From positions 200,204 to 264,203 of IMG/VR virus record IMGVR_UViG_2030936005_000025: a stretch of DNA of 64,000 bases. One strand, 5' to 3'. How positions within the stretch are numbered: the first letter of the stretch is position 1; each line of letters begins with the position of its first letter. The position numbers and the translations under genes were made by a program. This document shows positions 55,823-64,000 of this stretch, in pieces. This DNA is from a virus (lineage: Duplodnaviria > Caudoviricetes). The notes under the pieces are model-generated. The model saw only the letters and a list, made by a program, of their open reading frames with translations. It did not search any database and was not told the DNA's origin.

Positions 55823-55867
55823 AAAAAAAATAAGGGAATGAGTTACTCTACCCGAAGGTAGAGTAAC
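55823..55867 (-). terminator. Hairpin terminator with displaced T8 tract
   Basis: 11-bp stem GTTACTCTACC-CGAA-GGTAGAGTAAC; A8 11 nt away. Confidence 0.7.
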
Positions 55868-55875
55868 GTATCCGA

Positions 55876-56280
55876 TTACGAATGTTCCTGTGGAACTTTC
55901 ATTAATACTGTTTTCTCAGATACTGTTGTGGTCTCACCAGATTCTGTTGTCACAGTCACCGCGATATCCGCTTCCCTTATTTTAAGAATCTTCAGCCCCA
56001 TGAGAAACTTACTGTGGCTGAGGGTTCTTGAACAAAACAAAGTACTTTGGATATTGCCTAATGCTGTCGACCGAGCTCGTTTAACTTCCATAGCCGTGCC
56101 GGAGTCATCAGGGTGAATCGCCCGAAGATAATCATCGAGATAAGTTTTCCATTTGGCTTGATTGATATCAAGCTCGTCTAGGATCTTCCTGAACTGCCGA
56201 CTGGGTGCATCGGTTAATTGTTCATATGGAACGAAGTTCCTGTTTTTGATGTACTGCACCGGTTTCTTCTTATCATTCAT
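55876..56280 (-). CDS. Hypothetical protein
   Basis: 134 aa overlapping the upstream gene. Confidence 0.75.
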   Translation of the reverse strand: MNDKKKPVQYIKNRNFVPYEQLTDAPSRQFRKILDELDINQAKWKTYLDDYLRAIHPDDSGTAMEVKRARSTALGNIQSTLFCSRTLSHSKFLMGLKILKIREADIAVTVTTESGETTTVSEKTVLMKVPQEHS

Positions 56281-56827
56281 ATTGTATCTCTAAGTAAAAT
56301 GAAATGATACTGACCAGATCTTCTAAAAGCAATCGATAGAGTAAAGTGTCGTACATCTGTGTGTCGATATCACCAAACTCTGTCAGATCTACTTCATCAA
56401 GAAGTTCGAACTCTGGATTGTTGTTTAACCATACATGGGCACCCAAATATGATTTTAGCACGCTGATGAAGTTCAAGAGTGATTCTTCATTAGAGTACCA
56501 TTCGGTAAAGTAGCCCGTTCGTTTGATCATATCAATGAGCGGACTTCTTTCTAAATCAGACTTGTTAAATACCTTCTTTTCTAACAGCTTCTGAGCACTC
56601 ACAGACGACTTTGTTCGGAGGGTGATCTCTTTCATCGTCCCGTACACGATATCCCCTGTAAATGCGATTAAGGGACTATTTACGATATTGTGAAGACTAA
56701 CGAGGTACTGGTCATTGAAGAACCCGTTGGCAAAATCATTTCTGATATCAACAAGATCTTTCTTTATCTTGGCAATACGTCTATTGCGAAAATACGGAAT
56801 CTTGTTCAACAGCTTATCTAAAAACAT
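56273..56827 (-). CDS. Hypothetical protein
   Basis: 184 aa; GGAG site. Confidence 0.8.
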   Translation of the reverse strand: MFLDKLLNKIPYFRNRRIAKIKKDLVDIRNDFANGFFNDQYLVSLHNIVNSPLIAFTGDIVYGTMKEITLRTKSSVSAQKLLEKKVFNKSDLERSPLIDMIKRTGYFTEWYSNEESLLNFISVLKSYLGAHVWLNNNPEFELLDEVDLTEFGDIDTQMYDTLLYRLLLEDLVSIISFYLEIQYE

Positions 56828-56927
56828 TTATAACTCCGCGTCTATTAAATAATATTATCGAAATAGATTTTCACTGGTATCTACTTTGATAATATCAGTC
56901 TCAAACATAATGGCCGGCTAAAAAGGA

Positions 56928-57554
56928 TTGGAGCAAAACATGTACGATGAAGAAGAAGACGATGGCTCTAACAGCTACGTCAACAACCATGTGGAAGAGA
57001 ATAAACTTTCCCAGGAAATTGAAAAGGACAAACTGATTTCTGACATCCAGACTATTTTGGATGGCGGTCATTCGGTTGATAATGAAAAGAGTTTGCTTAA
57101 CATTGTACAGAAACAACGTAAGCTTATTCTTGACATCGCCGTGTCAACTTTCATGAAGAAATCGAATAACCCGAAGTTAATGGACTCCATTAATACGCTG
57201 TTGGGTCAGATGGAAAAGTCCGTTCGTGATGACCGTAAAGAACGTTTACGTGACCGTGAACTGGAAGATAACAAAGCGAACTTTGCGACCTTTGTTAATG
57301 CATTGAACGAAGTAACTGCTGGGCGTTTGGTTATGCCAACGTTTGCCGACTTCCCAATGTCATTAGATCCATTTGGCGAACACAAAATCTTCAAGACGGA
57401 TAATCCTGATGAAGAGATCCAGGAAGAAGAGAAATTCCAGGGTCGTCAGATTCTTGACAGTAAGAAGATTGAAGAAGCGTTTGAGATTGATCCTGAACAA
57501 CAGATTAATGTCAGCGAACAAATGGATGAAGAGTTCGACGCAGAAAACAGCTAA
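56928..57554 (+). CDS. Acidic hypothetical protein (likely start 56940)
   Basis: 208 aa; GGAG precedes the internal ATG; helical, very acidic termini. Confidence 0.8.
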   Translation: MEQNMYDEEEDDGSNSYVNNHVEENKLSQEIEKDKLISDIQTILDGGHSVDNEKSLLNIVQKQRKLILDIAVSTFMKKSNNPKLMDSINTLLGQMEKSVRDDRKERLRDRELEDNKANFATFVNALNEVTAGRLVMPTFADFPMSLDPFGEHKIFKTDNPDEEIQEEEKFQGRQILDSKKIEEAFEIDPEQQINVSEQMDEEFDAENS

Positions 57555-57567
57555 CAGCAAACAACAT

Positions 57568-57595
57568 CTCCAGAGAGCCGTGAGGCTCTCTGGAG
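57568..57595. terminator. Hairpin between convergent genes
   Basis: CTCCAGAGAGCC-GTGA-GGCTCTCTGGAG, 12 bp. Confidence 0.65.
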
Positions 57596-57602
57596 GATGA
57601 CC

Positions 57603-58334
57603 TTATTCCGAATAATCGAATATGGTTTTTATGCATGGTACCCAGGTAATTTTACCGCCTTGAGTAACGTTCAGTTTTCCTATAGTTTCGATCGGCTCTT
57701 CGCGTCTCATTTCTTCAGGAAGTTCTTTGTACACAAGGATGTCGGGAACGAAGAAGCGAACATTAGAGTTCTGTGCTTTTCCGTAATTCTCCCAATACAC
57801 CTTGTAGTCCTTGCCGACTAAGAAGTCATAGACAAAGACGTAATCGTATCCGTTAAACACCGCAGGCGTTAATTCGTCATACGGAATGTTTACAAAAGAT
57901 AGAGAAATGTTAAATGGAATAGCACCCTGAATTGTGGAGGCTAATTCATCTTGCAAGTTCTCATTCAAAGTATAGGGATACAAGTTAACAGTTACGGAGA
58001 AACTGGAGATCGCCAACATCTGTCCCACCCCAAACTCAACTTCATGAACCATACGGAACATGTTTTTGATGAGTCTGCTTGGATAGAAGTAACATTGCGT
58101 ATCATCGGCCCAGTCATCAATCGTCCTGGCTGCGTAACGTGCTTCGAACTTCTCCTGAGTAATCCCTAACTCAGGCTGATTGAAATAATCATAGCGGCGA
58201 CGTTTATAAATCTCCGCCATGTTCGTGTTCCAATCGAAACGTGTGTTCCCGCTTTCCAAGGCGACATGCGTCAAGATACCTCGACGCGAGTCAAACAAGG
58301 AGTCTAAGTTAGTGAAGCAGGAAGTGGTCTTCAT
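57603..58334 (-). CDS. Conserved hypothetical protein
   Basis: 243 aa in an operon with the RNAP and UvsX genes. Confidence 0.8.
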   Translation of the reverse strand: MKTTSCFTNLDSLFDSRRGILTHVALESGNTRFDWNTNMAEIYKRRRYDYFNQPELGITQEKFEARYAARTIDDWADDTQCYFYPSRLIKNMFRMVHEVEFGVGQMLAISSFSVTVNLYPYTLNENLQDELASTIQGAIPFNISLSFVNIPYDELTPAVFNGYDYVFVYDFLVGKDYKVYWENYGKAQNSNVRFFVPDILVYKELPEEMRREEPIETIGKLNVTQGGKITWVPCIKTIFDYSE

Positions 58335-58831
58335 TTACCACCTCCACGCTGGTTCCTCAACTTCTGACCAGCAGTGACCGCAGCAGCAGCCCTCTCCAAC
58401 TCAACGCGTTTATCCATCGCCAAGGTGATCTTGTTACGATGCACACACAGGAACAACAACAGAACCTCAACCTTAGACAGACTTTTGCTGTTCCACTCAA
58501 ACGCTTCTTTAAAGAAGACTGGGTCAGAAGCAATCAAGTCAAACCCTTCAGCAAAGACATTGAGTGCAACATCAGTATAGGGCTGAGAGAACATGCGAAA
58601 GACAAGCGTGCTGAAGTAGTTGTACATCTCACGATCTTCAACGAGACCAGTACGCAATGCCGCAATACCTTCACGGAAAGAAGTCAACGCATTATCAAAA
58701 AGATAGTCGCTGGCTTTCTTCCAGAAACTGGTGCTGTCCTGGTTGTAGATAACCTCATGGAATAACTCTTCACCAAAAAAGTTGATGAGTCGTTCAATGG
58801 GAGTAATGACAATCTCTTCTTGTTGTTCCAT
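58331..58831 (-). CDS. Hypothetical protein
   Basis: 166 aa. Confidence 0.8.
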   Translation of the reverse strand: MEQQEEIVITPIERLINFFGEELFHEVIYNQDSTSFWKKASDYLFDNALTSFREGIAALRTGLVEDREMYNYFSTLVFRMFSQPYTDVALNVFAEGFDLIASDPVFFKEAFEWNSKSLSKVEVLLLFLCVHRNKITLAMDKRVELERAAAAVTAGQKLRNQRGGGK

Positions 58832-58834
58832 GGT

Positions 58835-59530
58835 TTATCGTTCCGACAAGTTGTTCTCGATATGCTGACCGAGTAACAGGAAGTGTGCGGTTTGTAACGA
58901 CTTCACCCCAGTACCACGTGCCAACGCTGATTCAGTGGTAGTGACACCGGATGTCAGGATATCATTCTTATAGGCACGGTATGCACCCACATCACCACCA
59001 CGGGCATCGGCCAGCTCTTTAGCAAGAGTAGGCAAACCTAATGACAGAAGAACTTGGATCTCTGGGTTAGAGATACCCCCTGCACGAGAATCGCCTGTAG
59101 GCTGTCCTGTGAGGTCTTCAACATTATAGTCATGTTTCGATGCACCGAACTTCTTGGCTTGCAACTGGCGTTGTTTACGCACTTCTGCAATACCTACCAA
59201 AGCAGTTTCCGGTGTGGTGTGTTCTAACCCAGTATCTGGGTCAGTGAAGATAACCTGCTGCTCAAGAGGAATGTCCAACGTCTTAGCCAGAGCAACCGAA
59301 TGATCGTAATCGATTGTCTCTCGCATATCGAAGTTATCCACAAACATCGGAATGAAACCCATGTCGCAGATGTTGTTCCAGAATTGAGCGAATTGCTCGT
59401 CCTTAAGACGAGCAAACAGTTCGGTGTAGACCTGGTGATTCCCACCACCTTTTGTGAAACCTTTCGCTAAGGCTAAGATATCACTTTCAATCTCTTTACG
59501 ATTTTTCATGGCCTCGAGTCTCGTATCCAT
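58835..59530 (-). CDS. rpoB: Virion RNA polymerase beta subunit C-terminal piece (phiKZ gp149-like)
   Basis: GQPTGDSRAGGISNPEIQVLLSLG…ELADARGGD aligns with the beta C-terminal QP.GG…GGQRFGEME…QE…KSDD region. Confidence 0.85.
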   Translation of the reverse strand: MDTRLEAMKNRKEIESDILALAKGFTKGGGNHQVYTELFARLKDEQFAQFWNNICDMGFIPMFVDNFDMRETIDYDHSVALAKTLDIPLEQQVIFTDPDTGLEHTTPETALVGIAEVRKQRQLQAKKFGASKHDYNVEDLTGQPTGDSRAGGISNPEIQVLLSLGLPTLAKELADARGGDVGAYRAYKNDILTSGVTTTESALARGTGVKSLQTAHFLLLGQHIENNLSER

Positions 59531-59873
59531 AAATAGTAAATGGCTTCGAGATTTCGGTTAAACGATTGGCTAACGAATCGATAAACATTTCTTTCTCGAA
59601 GTTAGTGATGATGACAATTTCATCGAATTGGTTCAAATGATCATCAAGCGACTTCAAGAAGGACGTTTTGTTTTTGTCGTCCACATCAATCATGGCGTCG
59701 ACATCCACACCGTAATTACCGGAAACACTTACCTGACGAAGGTTACGGTCGCCAGAACGTTTTTCCAGCCAAGCACCGAGCTTAGTGAAATACGTTTCTT
59801 GATCTTTGACAGTGTGGTTGAAATCGGGCTCTGCAACAACTAAGACGGAATAATCGTAACTAAAGTCTGACAT
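59496..59873 (-). CDS. Hypothetical protein
   Basis: 125 aa between uvsX and the RNAP beta C-terminal gene. Confidence 0.75.
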   Translation of the reverse strand: MSDFSYDYSVLVVAEPDFNHTVKDQETYFTKLGAWLEKRSGDRNLRQVSVSGNYGVDVDAMIDVDDKNKTSFLKSLDDHLNQFDEIVIITNFEKEMFIDSLANRLTEISKPFTIYGYETRGHEKS

Positions 59874-61349
59874 TTATTTCTTGTCCTTGATCCAATATGG
59901 TTTCTTACCACCTACGACGATCTCCATCAATTCGTAAACGGTCAATGTATGTTGCTTGATATGATCAGGGTTGTCATGCCAGAAGTAAACGGTGTTCTCT
60001 AACACATCGTCCCAATCCAGACCGGCTGCTTTACCTTTCGCATAAAGTTCAGAAGGAGTGATACGCCACTCTTCAGGGAAGTTCTCCCAGAAGGTCTGCA
60101 TGAACCAAAGCTGCCAAGTGATCTCGATGGCACGTTTCAGTTTAGGGTCTGCATCCGGTCCTTCCAGCAAATCACGAACCGTGGTACGCATGATAGAAAC
60201 ATCAGGCATCAGTGCACAGCTATGACGAACTGCTGAACCTTCCAAACCAAAGTATTTGTTATCCTTCAATGAGTCATACATTGAAAGCGATTCCAGGATA
60301 CCTTCTGCCTGACCTGCAACGAATGCCAGATCACCACCAGAAGAACCTGACTTATTACGGAAGACCGTGGTGAAGTACTGAACCAGCTCTGGGTTAGAGC
60401 GTGCGTTAGAAGAGATCAGAGACTCTTTACCGCGTGGATACATGATAGAGTGATCAGGCTGCTTCATTGGCGTGCCTTTGATGATCTCAATACCGATGTG
60501 TGGTAACTTCAACATCGCTTTTGGTGCAGCCAGCTTTTTGTTGTGACGCAGGAAGGTAGAGTCTTTCTCTTTTGGCTTACCATCCATATTGATCACGTCA
60601 GCAGACTGAGCAATCCAATATGAACGCAGACCAACACGTGGACCGAGGATACAGGTATCTGTCATCAGGATACGACGCAGGTTACCGATCTCCATATCAC
60701 GGGTACGTTTCTTACCACCTTCATCCATCTCACCTTCGTCGAACTGTTTGAACATCAGGTTGTCAAACAGAATCTCTGAGATCGAGTCAAAGATGAAAAT
60801 GATTGGTTGCATCACCTGAACATAAGCCTGATTCTTCTCGGACCAGAATGGCGTGTTCATCCACAGTTGACGGTATGCTTCTTGATCAGCTTTGTCTTTA
60901 CTTTCACCCAGCGCTGTAATGGTTTTGTAGATCTCGATAACTTTGTTATGGAGTTCAGTGCCATCGATACCGGCAGAGTTCGGCATGTAGTGGAAACGGA
61001 TATCTTCGATGTGTTCAGCGAAGTAACCTTCTTCACCGAACAGACGGTCAACTTCTTCTGCCAGACGTGAGATGTCTAGTGTTGACTCACTGTCACCATA
61101 AAGGATAACGGAGTGTTGGAAGCGATGCAGCATCTTAGCCACATCTTTAACCGTCTTACCGGTCTTCTGGGTGTTGTTACCACCTGCCAGTCCGTTGATT
61201 GGCATTAAGCCACCGTTCTGATACCACACACCGTTACGACCTTTAATCATGCTGGTCGTTAACATATCAAAGATAGGTGAGGTATTAAAACCTATTTGTA
61301 AGTTAGATTCTGCACCGTAGTCTTTTAAGAAATTCAATGCGTTCAGCAT
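59874..61349 (-). CDS. uvsX: UvsX/RecA-like recombinase (phiKZ gp152-like)
   Basis: Degenerate Walker A GGNNTQKT; DSESTL; Walker B IFIFDS; synteny with the gp149-like gene. Confidence 0.75.
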   Translation of the reverse strand: MLNALNFLKDYGAESNLQIGFNTSPIFDMLTTSMIKGRNGVWYQNGGLMPINGLAGGNNTQKTGKTVKDVAKMLHRFQHSVILYGDSESTLDISRLAEEVDRLFGEEGYFAEHIEDIRFHYMPNSAGIDGTELHNKVIEIYKTITALGESKDKADQEAYRQLWMNTPFWSEKNQAYVQVMQPIIFIFDSISEILFDNLMFKQFDEGEMDEGGKKRTRDMEIGNLRRILMTDTCILGPRVGLRSYWIAQSADVINMDGKPKEKDSTFLRHNKKLAAPKAMLKLPHIGIEIIKGTPMKQPDHSIMYPRGKESLISSNARSNPELVQYFTTVFRNKSGSSGGDLAFVAGQAEGILESLSMYDSLKDNKYFGLEGSAVRHSCALMPDVSIMRTTVRDLLEGPDADPKLKRAIEITWQLWFMQTFWENFPEEWRITPSELYAKGKAAGLDWDDVLENTVYFWHDNPDHIKQHTLTVYELMEIVVGGKKPYWIKDKK

Positions 61350-61417
61350 CTATGAAGCCCTTTGATTAAATGTTATGAAACGTTTCGTATTACACACTAA
61401 GTGGAGTTTGCCATAGC

Positions 61418-62200
61418 ATGTCTACAGATATTATCGAACCTGGTTCAGTAGAGGGCAACGAAGCTCTTACTGTCGGGGAAAAACTCAGTTCTTTCTTTAA
61501 AGAGCTCAGCGTAGGAATTGATTCCTTTAACGCCCGTACTTTCAACAAGTCTATCCATAAAGTGGATGGGATTGAGATCTGGAATAAGTTAGGCGCAGCC
61601 AATGTTTATTTTGATGTGTCTACCAAACATATCCCAACTCCAGTAATGTTTAACCCAGTGAAGGTTTCATTCCAGGGGTATGTGGAATATGTGTTAAAAG
61701 CAGTGCCGATTCTTAAGATGGTAGATACCCAAGCAGACCAAGTTTATCGTGGTCTGAAAACTATCGCCGCCACCGGTCGCACTCCTTTTACTTTGGCAAA
61801 TAACGACGCCAGTATCCTGATCAATGAGACCCGTGCTCAGTTCCCGAATGTCATGCAGGACTCTCGCATTTATACTCGTGCTGTGAATGAAGTGTATCCT
61901 AACTTCTCCGGCGCATATGAGCTGATGCATGATTTCAATAAGATCGTTGACTCTCTGAAGTCTCGTGATGTTGAACTGGCAGCGACCCGTGCTAATCAGG
62001 TTATTAACATCATCAATATCCTGAAGCCTAAGATTGATTCAAGTTCAATCATCCTGAATCAGAACGAAGTGGCGTTGGTTAATAATACGATCAATAACCT
62101 GGTTGACAATGTGACCTTCGCCGGTCAGATGTTGGCACAGCTCAGTGATCTGACTCGCGTACTGCAGCTGCAGACGCAAGAAGCACGTAAACTTGTTTAA
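61418..62200 (+). CDS. Probable virion protein (phiKZ gp153-like, by synteny)
   Basis: 260 aa, helical, divergent from uvsX. Confidence 0.65.
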   Translation: MSTDIIEPGSVEGNEALTVGEKLSSFFKELSVGIDSFNARTFNKSIHKVDGIEIWNKLGAANVYFDVSTKHIPTPVMFNPVKVSFQGYVEYVLKAVPILKMVDTQADQVYRGLKTIAATGRTPFTLANNDASILINETRAQFPNVMQDSRIYTRAVNEVYPNFSGAYELMHDFNKIVDSLKSRDVELAATRANQVINIINILKPKIDSSSIILNQNEVALVNNTINNLVDNVTFAGQMLAQLSDLTRVLQLQTQEARKLV

Positions 62201-62207
62201 CATAATT

Positions 62208-62237
62208 CCCTTACCCTCCGATAAGGAAGGGTAAGGG
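62208..62237. terminator. Hairpin between convergent genes
   Basis: CCCTTACCCT…AGGGTAAGGG stem. Confidence 0.6.
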
Positions 62238-62248
62238 TTTATGCATGG

Positions 62249-63370
62249 TTATGCTTTAAAGATATGTGGCGAGTCAATCAGACCCAGACGCATGGTGAAC
62301 ACACGTTCGAAACCTTGAGACATTGGCAGCAAGATGTTCTCGGTATAACCTTGCAGTGCAGGAGTCACAACCTTGTTATCTTTACGACCGAAGATAGCGA
62401 AAGTATCCAGATCAATTGACCAGACTTCCACACCTTCCTGTAAAGGAATGCCTTCCAGCATTTTGAACAGCTTGTCAACTTCTTTATCCAGGTATTCGAA
62501 ACACACTTTGTTGTTCGGTGTTTCTTTACCCACAGAACTCCAGTCATCACGACCGCCGAACTGGAAGAAGGTAACGTTCTGATCCAGGAAAGGAGGAAGC
62601 AGTACAGCGTTGATCAATGTCTCAGCATACTTGGTGAGAGTCTCAACTTCTGCAATGCGCTTAGACTCAAACACTGAACGCACCAGACCGTTGATGTGAT
62701 CCAGACGAGAAACAACTTTCTCACCGGCATTCGGCATGTAAGTTTTCAGGTCTTCAGCAGTGATTGGTGTACGCTGAATTTCCAGACCGTCGTTGGCTGG
62801 ATCGATTGGTAACACTTTGTCGAAACAGAGTTCCGCTTTGAACTTACGGCCTGGCTCACTACGGAAGGTTACAATCGCATCGAAGTCCTTAACGATGTTG
62901 GTATCCAATGCAACCGCTGCCATCTCTTTATTGAGAATCAGAGCGATCTCAGCGATGGTTTTGGTTGTAGCGGTCATCAGACCACGGATGCGGTTTTCAA
63001 CGTTGGTGTAGTCGATGCCCATCAGTGAGTAGAACTCATCTTCTTCATTGATGGTGAACGGTACGTCGAGCACATCAACGTTTGGACGAATCTTGTCAGG
63101 TTGGTTAACGCTCCAAACTGACTCGTACATTTCCTGAGCAACACCGGCCAGGTTCTTGCTGAGCTCAACCCAGAATTTGCCGTACAGATCGTCAGCGATG
63201 TAGATCAACTGGTCACCCAGCGATACTTTGTAACGACCCAGATATTCCTGCTTTTCAACGGAGTATTTTTCAGGGTTCACGACCTTCATACGAAGATGAC
63301 GAAACATCAGATACAAATTGTAGTGGTTATCATCTTCGAAAGTCATTTCGTGTAAGTGTGGTTCATTCAT
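62249..63370 (-). CDS. Hypothetical protein
   Basis: 373 aa, acidic, biased codon usage. Confidence 0.8.
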   Translation of the reverse strand: MNEPHLHEMTFEDDNHYNLYLMFRHLRMKVVNPEKYSVEKQEYLGRYKVSLGDQLIYIADDLYGKFWVELSKNLAGVAQEMYESVWSVNQPDKIRPNVDVLDVPFTINEEDEFYSLMGIDYTNVENRIRGLMTATTKTIAEIALILNKEMAAVALDTNIVKDFDAIVTFRSEPGRKFKAELCFDKVLPIDPANDGLEIQRTPITAEDLKTYMPNAGEKVVSRLDHINGLVRSVFESKRIAEVETLTKYAETLINAVLLPPFLDQNVTFFQFGGRDDWSSVGKETPNNKVCFEYLDKEVDKLFKMLEGIPLQEGVEVWSIDLDTFAIFGRKDNKVVTPALQGYTENILLPMSQGFERVFTMRLGLIDSPHIFKA

Positions 63371-63388
63371 TCTGAATAGGTCCCTATA

Positions 63389-64000
63389 ATGGATTTCTTT
63401 AACTTTTCGCCAAGCGTTGAAAAGGTCGGTTCTTACTATGTGGTCACCGGTATAAATTTAAATGCCTTGGAGATCGACCTACGTACTAACTTTGGGACCT
63501 CGGTCATTTTCAACCGTATTATCTCAAAGGTCAATAACCGCCGCTTTAGAATACACCAGTTCTTCATTATTGAATTGGCCTGGATTCTAGACCATTTCAC
63601 AACCAACAAGAATAAACGACAGGTGGATCGTTATCGTGTTGGTATGTATAAGTACAAAGCACTGTTCGATGAGATCAAAGCCAAAACATGGATTAAGTCC
63701 ACGTTTGAAACTTTCACACCGTACAATGTTGATGCTGCGCTTAAGCATTTTAAATTAACGCCGTTCTTAAACCAGCGTGAATTCCTCGAAGACTACAGCC
63801 GTATTAAATACGGTTATCAACTTCGTGGTTGCTTGTTGGACGCAGAGCCAGGTTCGGGTAAAACATTTACAAGTCTTGTTTGGGCTAAAATGATTTCTCC
63901 CTATAAGACTATCATCGTAGTTCCAAAACACTTGGTGAACACACCTTGGGTTGAGGAGATGACGAACAAGTACTTTAAGGTTGCACCGAAGATCTGGACC
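63389..64000 (+). CDS. SNF2/DEAD-like helicase, 5' part (runs off the window); not in ORF track
   Basis: Translated by hand: MDFFNFSP…LLDAEPGSGKTFTSL (motif I)…IIVVPKHLVNTPW (motif Ia); no stop before position 64000. Confidence 0.85.
   Translation, partial: MDFFNFSPSVEKVGSYYVVTGINLNALEIDLRTNFGTSVIFNRIISKVNNRRFRIHQFFIIELAWILDHFTTNKNKRQVDRYRVGMYKYKALFDEIKAKTWIKSTFETFTPYNVDAALKHFKLTPFLNQREFLEDYSRIKYGYQLRGCLLDAEPGSGKTFTSLVWAKMISPYKTIIVVPKHLVNTPWVEEMTNKYFKVAPKIWT

Noticed and set aside
9462-63011. Numerous 60-200-aa ORFs antisense to or in alternative frames of large genes (for example 11031..11600, 12855..13448, 37808..38353, 42193..42621)
   Set aside because: Shadow ORFs of long biased-codon genes; no ribosome-binding sites or recognisable motifs.
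1-64000. CRISPR arrays, transposons, integrase, inteins or introns, stop-codon recoding
   Set aside because: No direct-repeat/spacer arrays or transposase motifs seen; terminase and RNAP genes are uninterrupted and show no intein motifs; genes read through with the standard code.

Overview
This is a 64-kb segment of a phiKZ-like (Chimalliviridae-type) jumbo phage genome, probably from an enterobacterial or other gammaproteobacterial host (inference from gene content; no database search was possible). The conserved core genes are: terminase large subunit, the phiKZ gp26-28-like block, tail sheath and tube, prohead protease, split virion RNA polymerase subunits (beta, beta-prime with GADFDGD, and the beta C-terminal piece), a GH19 endolysin, a 2404-aa tape-measure/tail lysin, a UvsX/RecA-like protein, dTMP kinase, an HD hydrolase, glutaredoxin and a partial SNF2-like helicase. 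These are interleaved with leftward accessory cassettes that carry their own phage promoter motif (TCA-N4-[T/G]ATAT[T/C]AT) and long hairpin terminators. The most unusual part is the first 4 kb. It holds tRNA-Asn followed by two paralogous tRNA-like RNAs in which a large structured domain replaces the anticodon arm. It also holds a glutaredoxin gene followed by a stand-alone 45-aa acidic peptide ending DCEGCKI, which resembles a free ribonucleotide-reductase C-terminal redox tail. Finally, it holds an approximately 850-nt, densely base-paired non-coding region with its own promoter, containing a hammerhead-ribozyme fold with a loop-loop pseudoknot and a non-canonical GUG cleavage triplet. Also notable are an early operon of five exported two-cysteine paralogues and terminators whose U-tract lies 11-16 nt away from the hairpin. 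All RNA structures were paired by eye and have not been tested for covariation.
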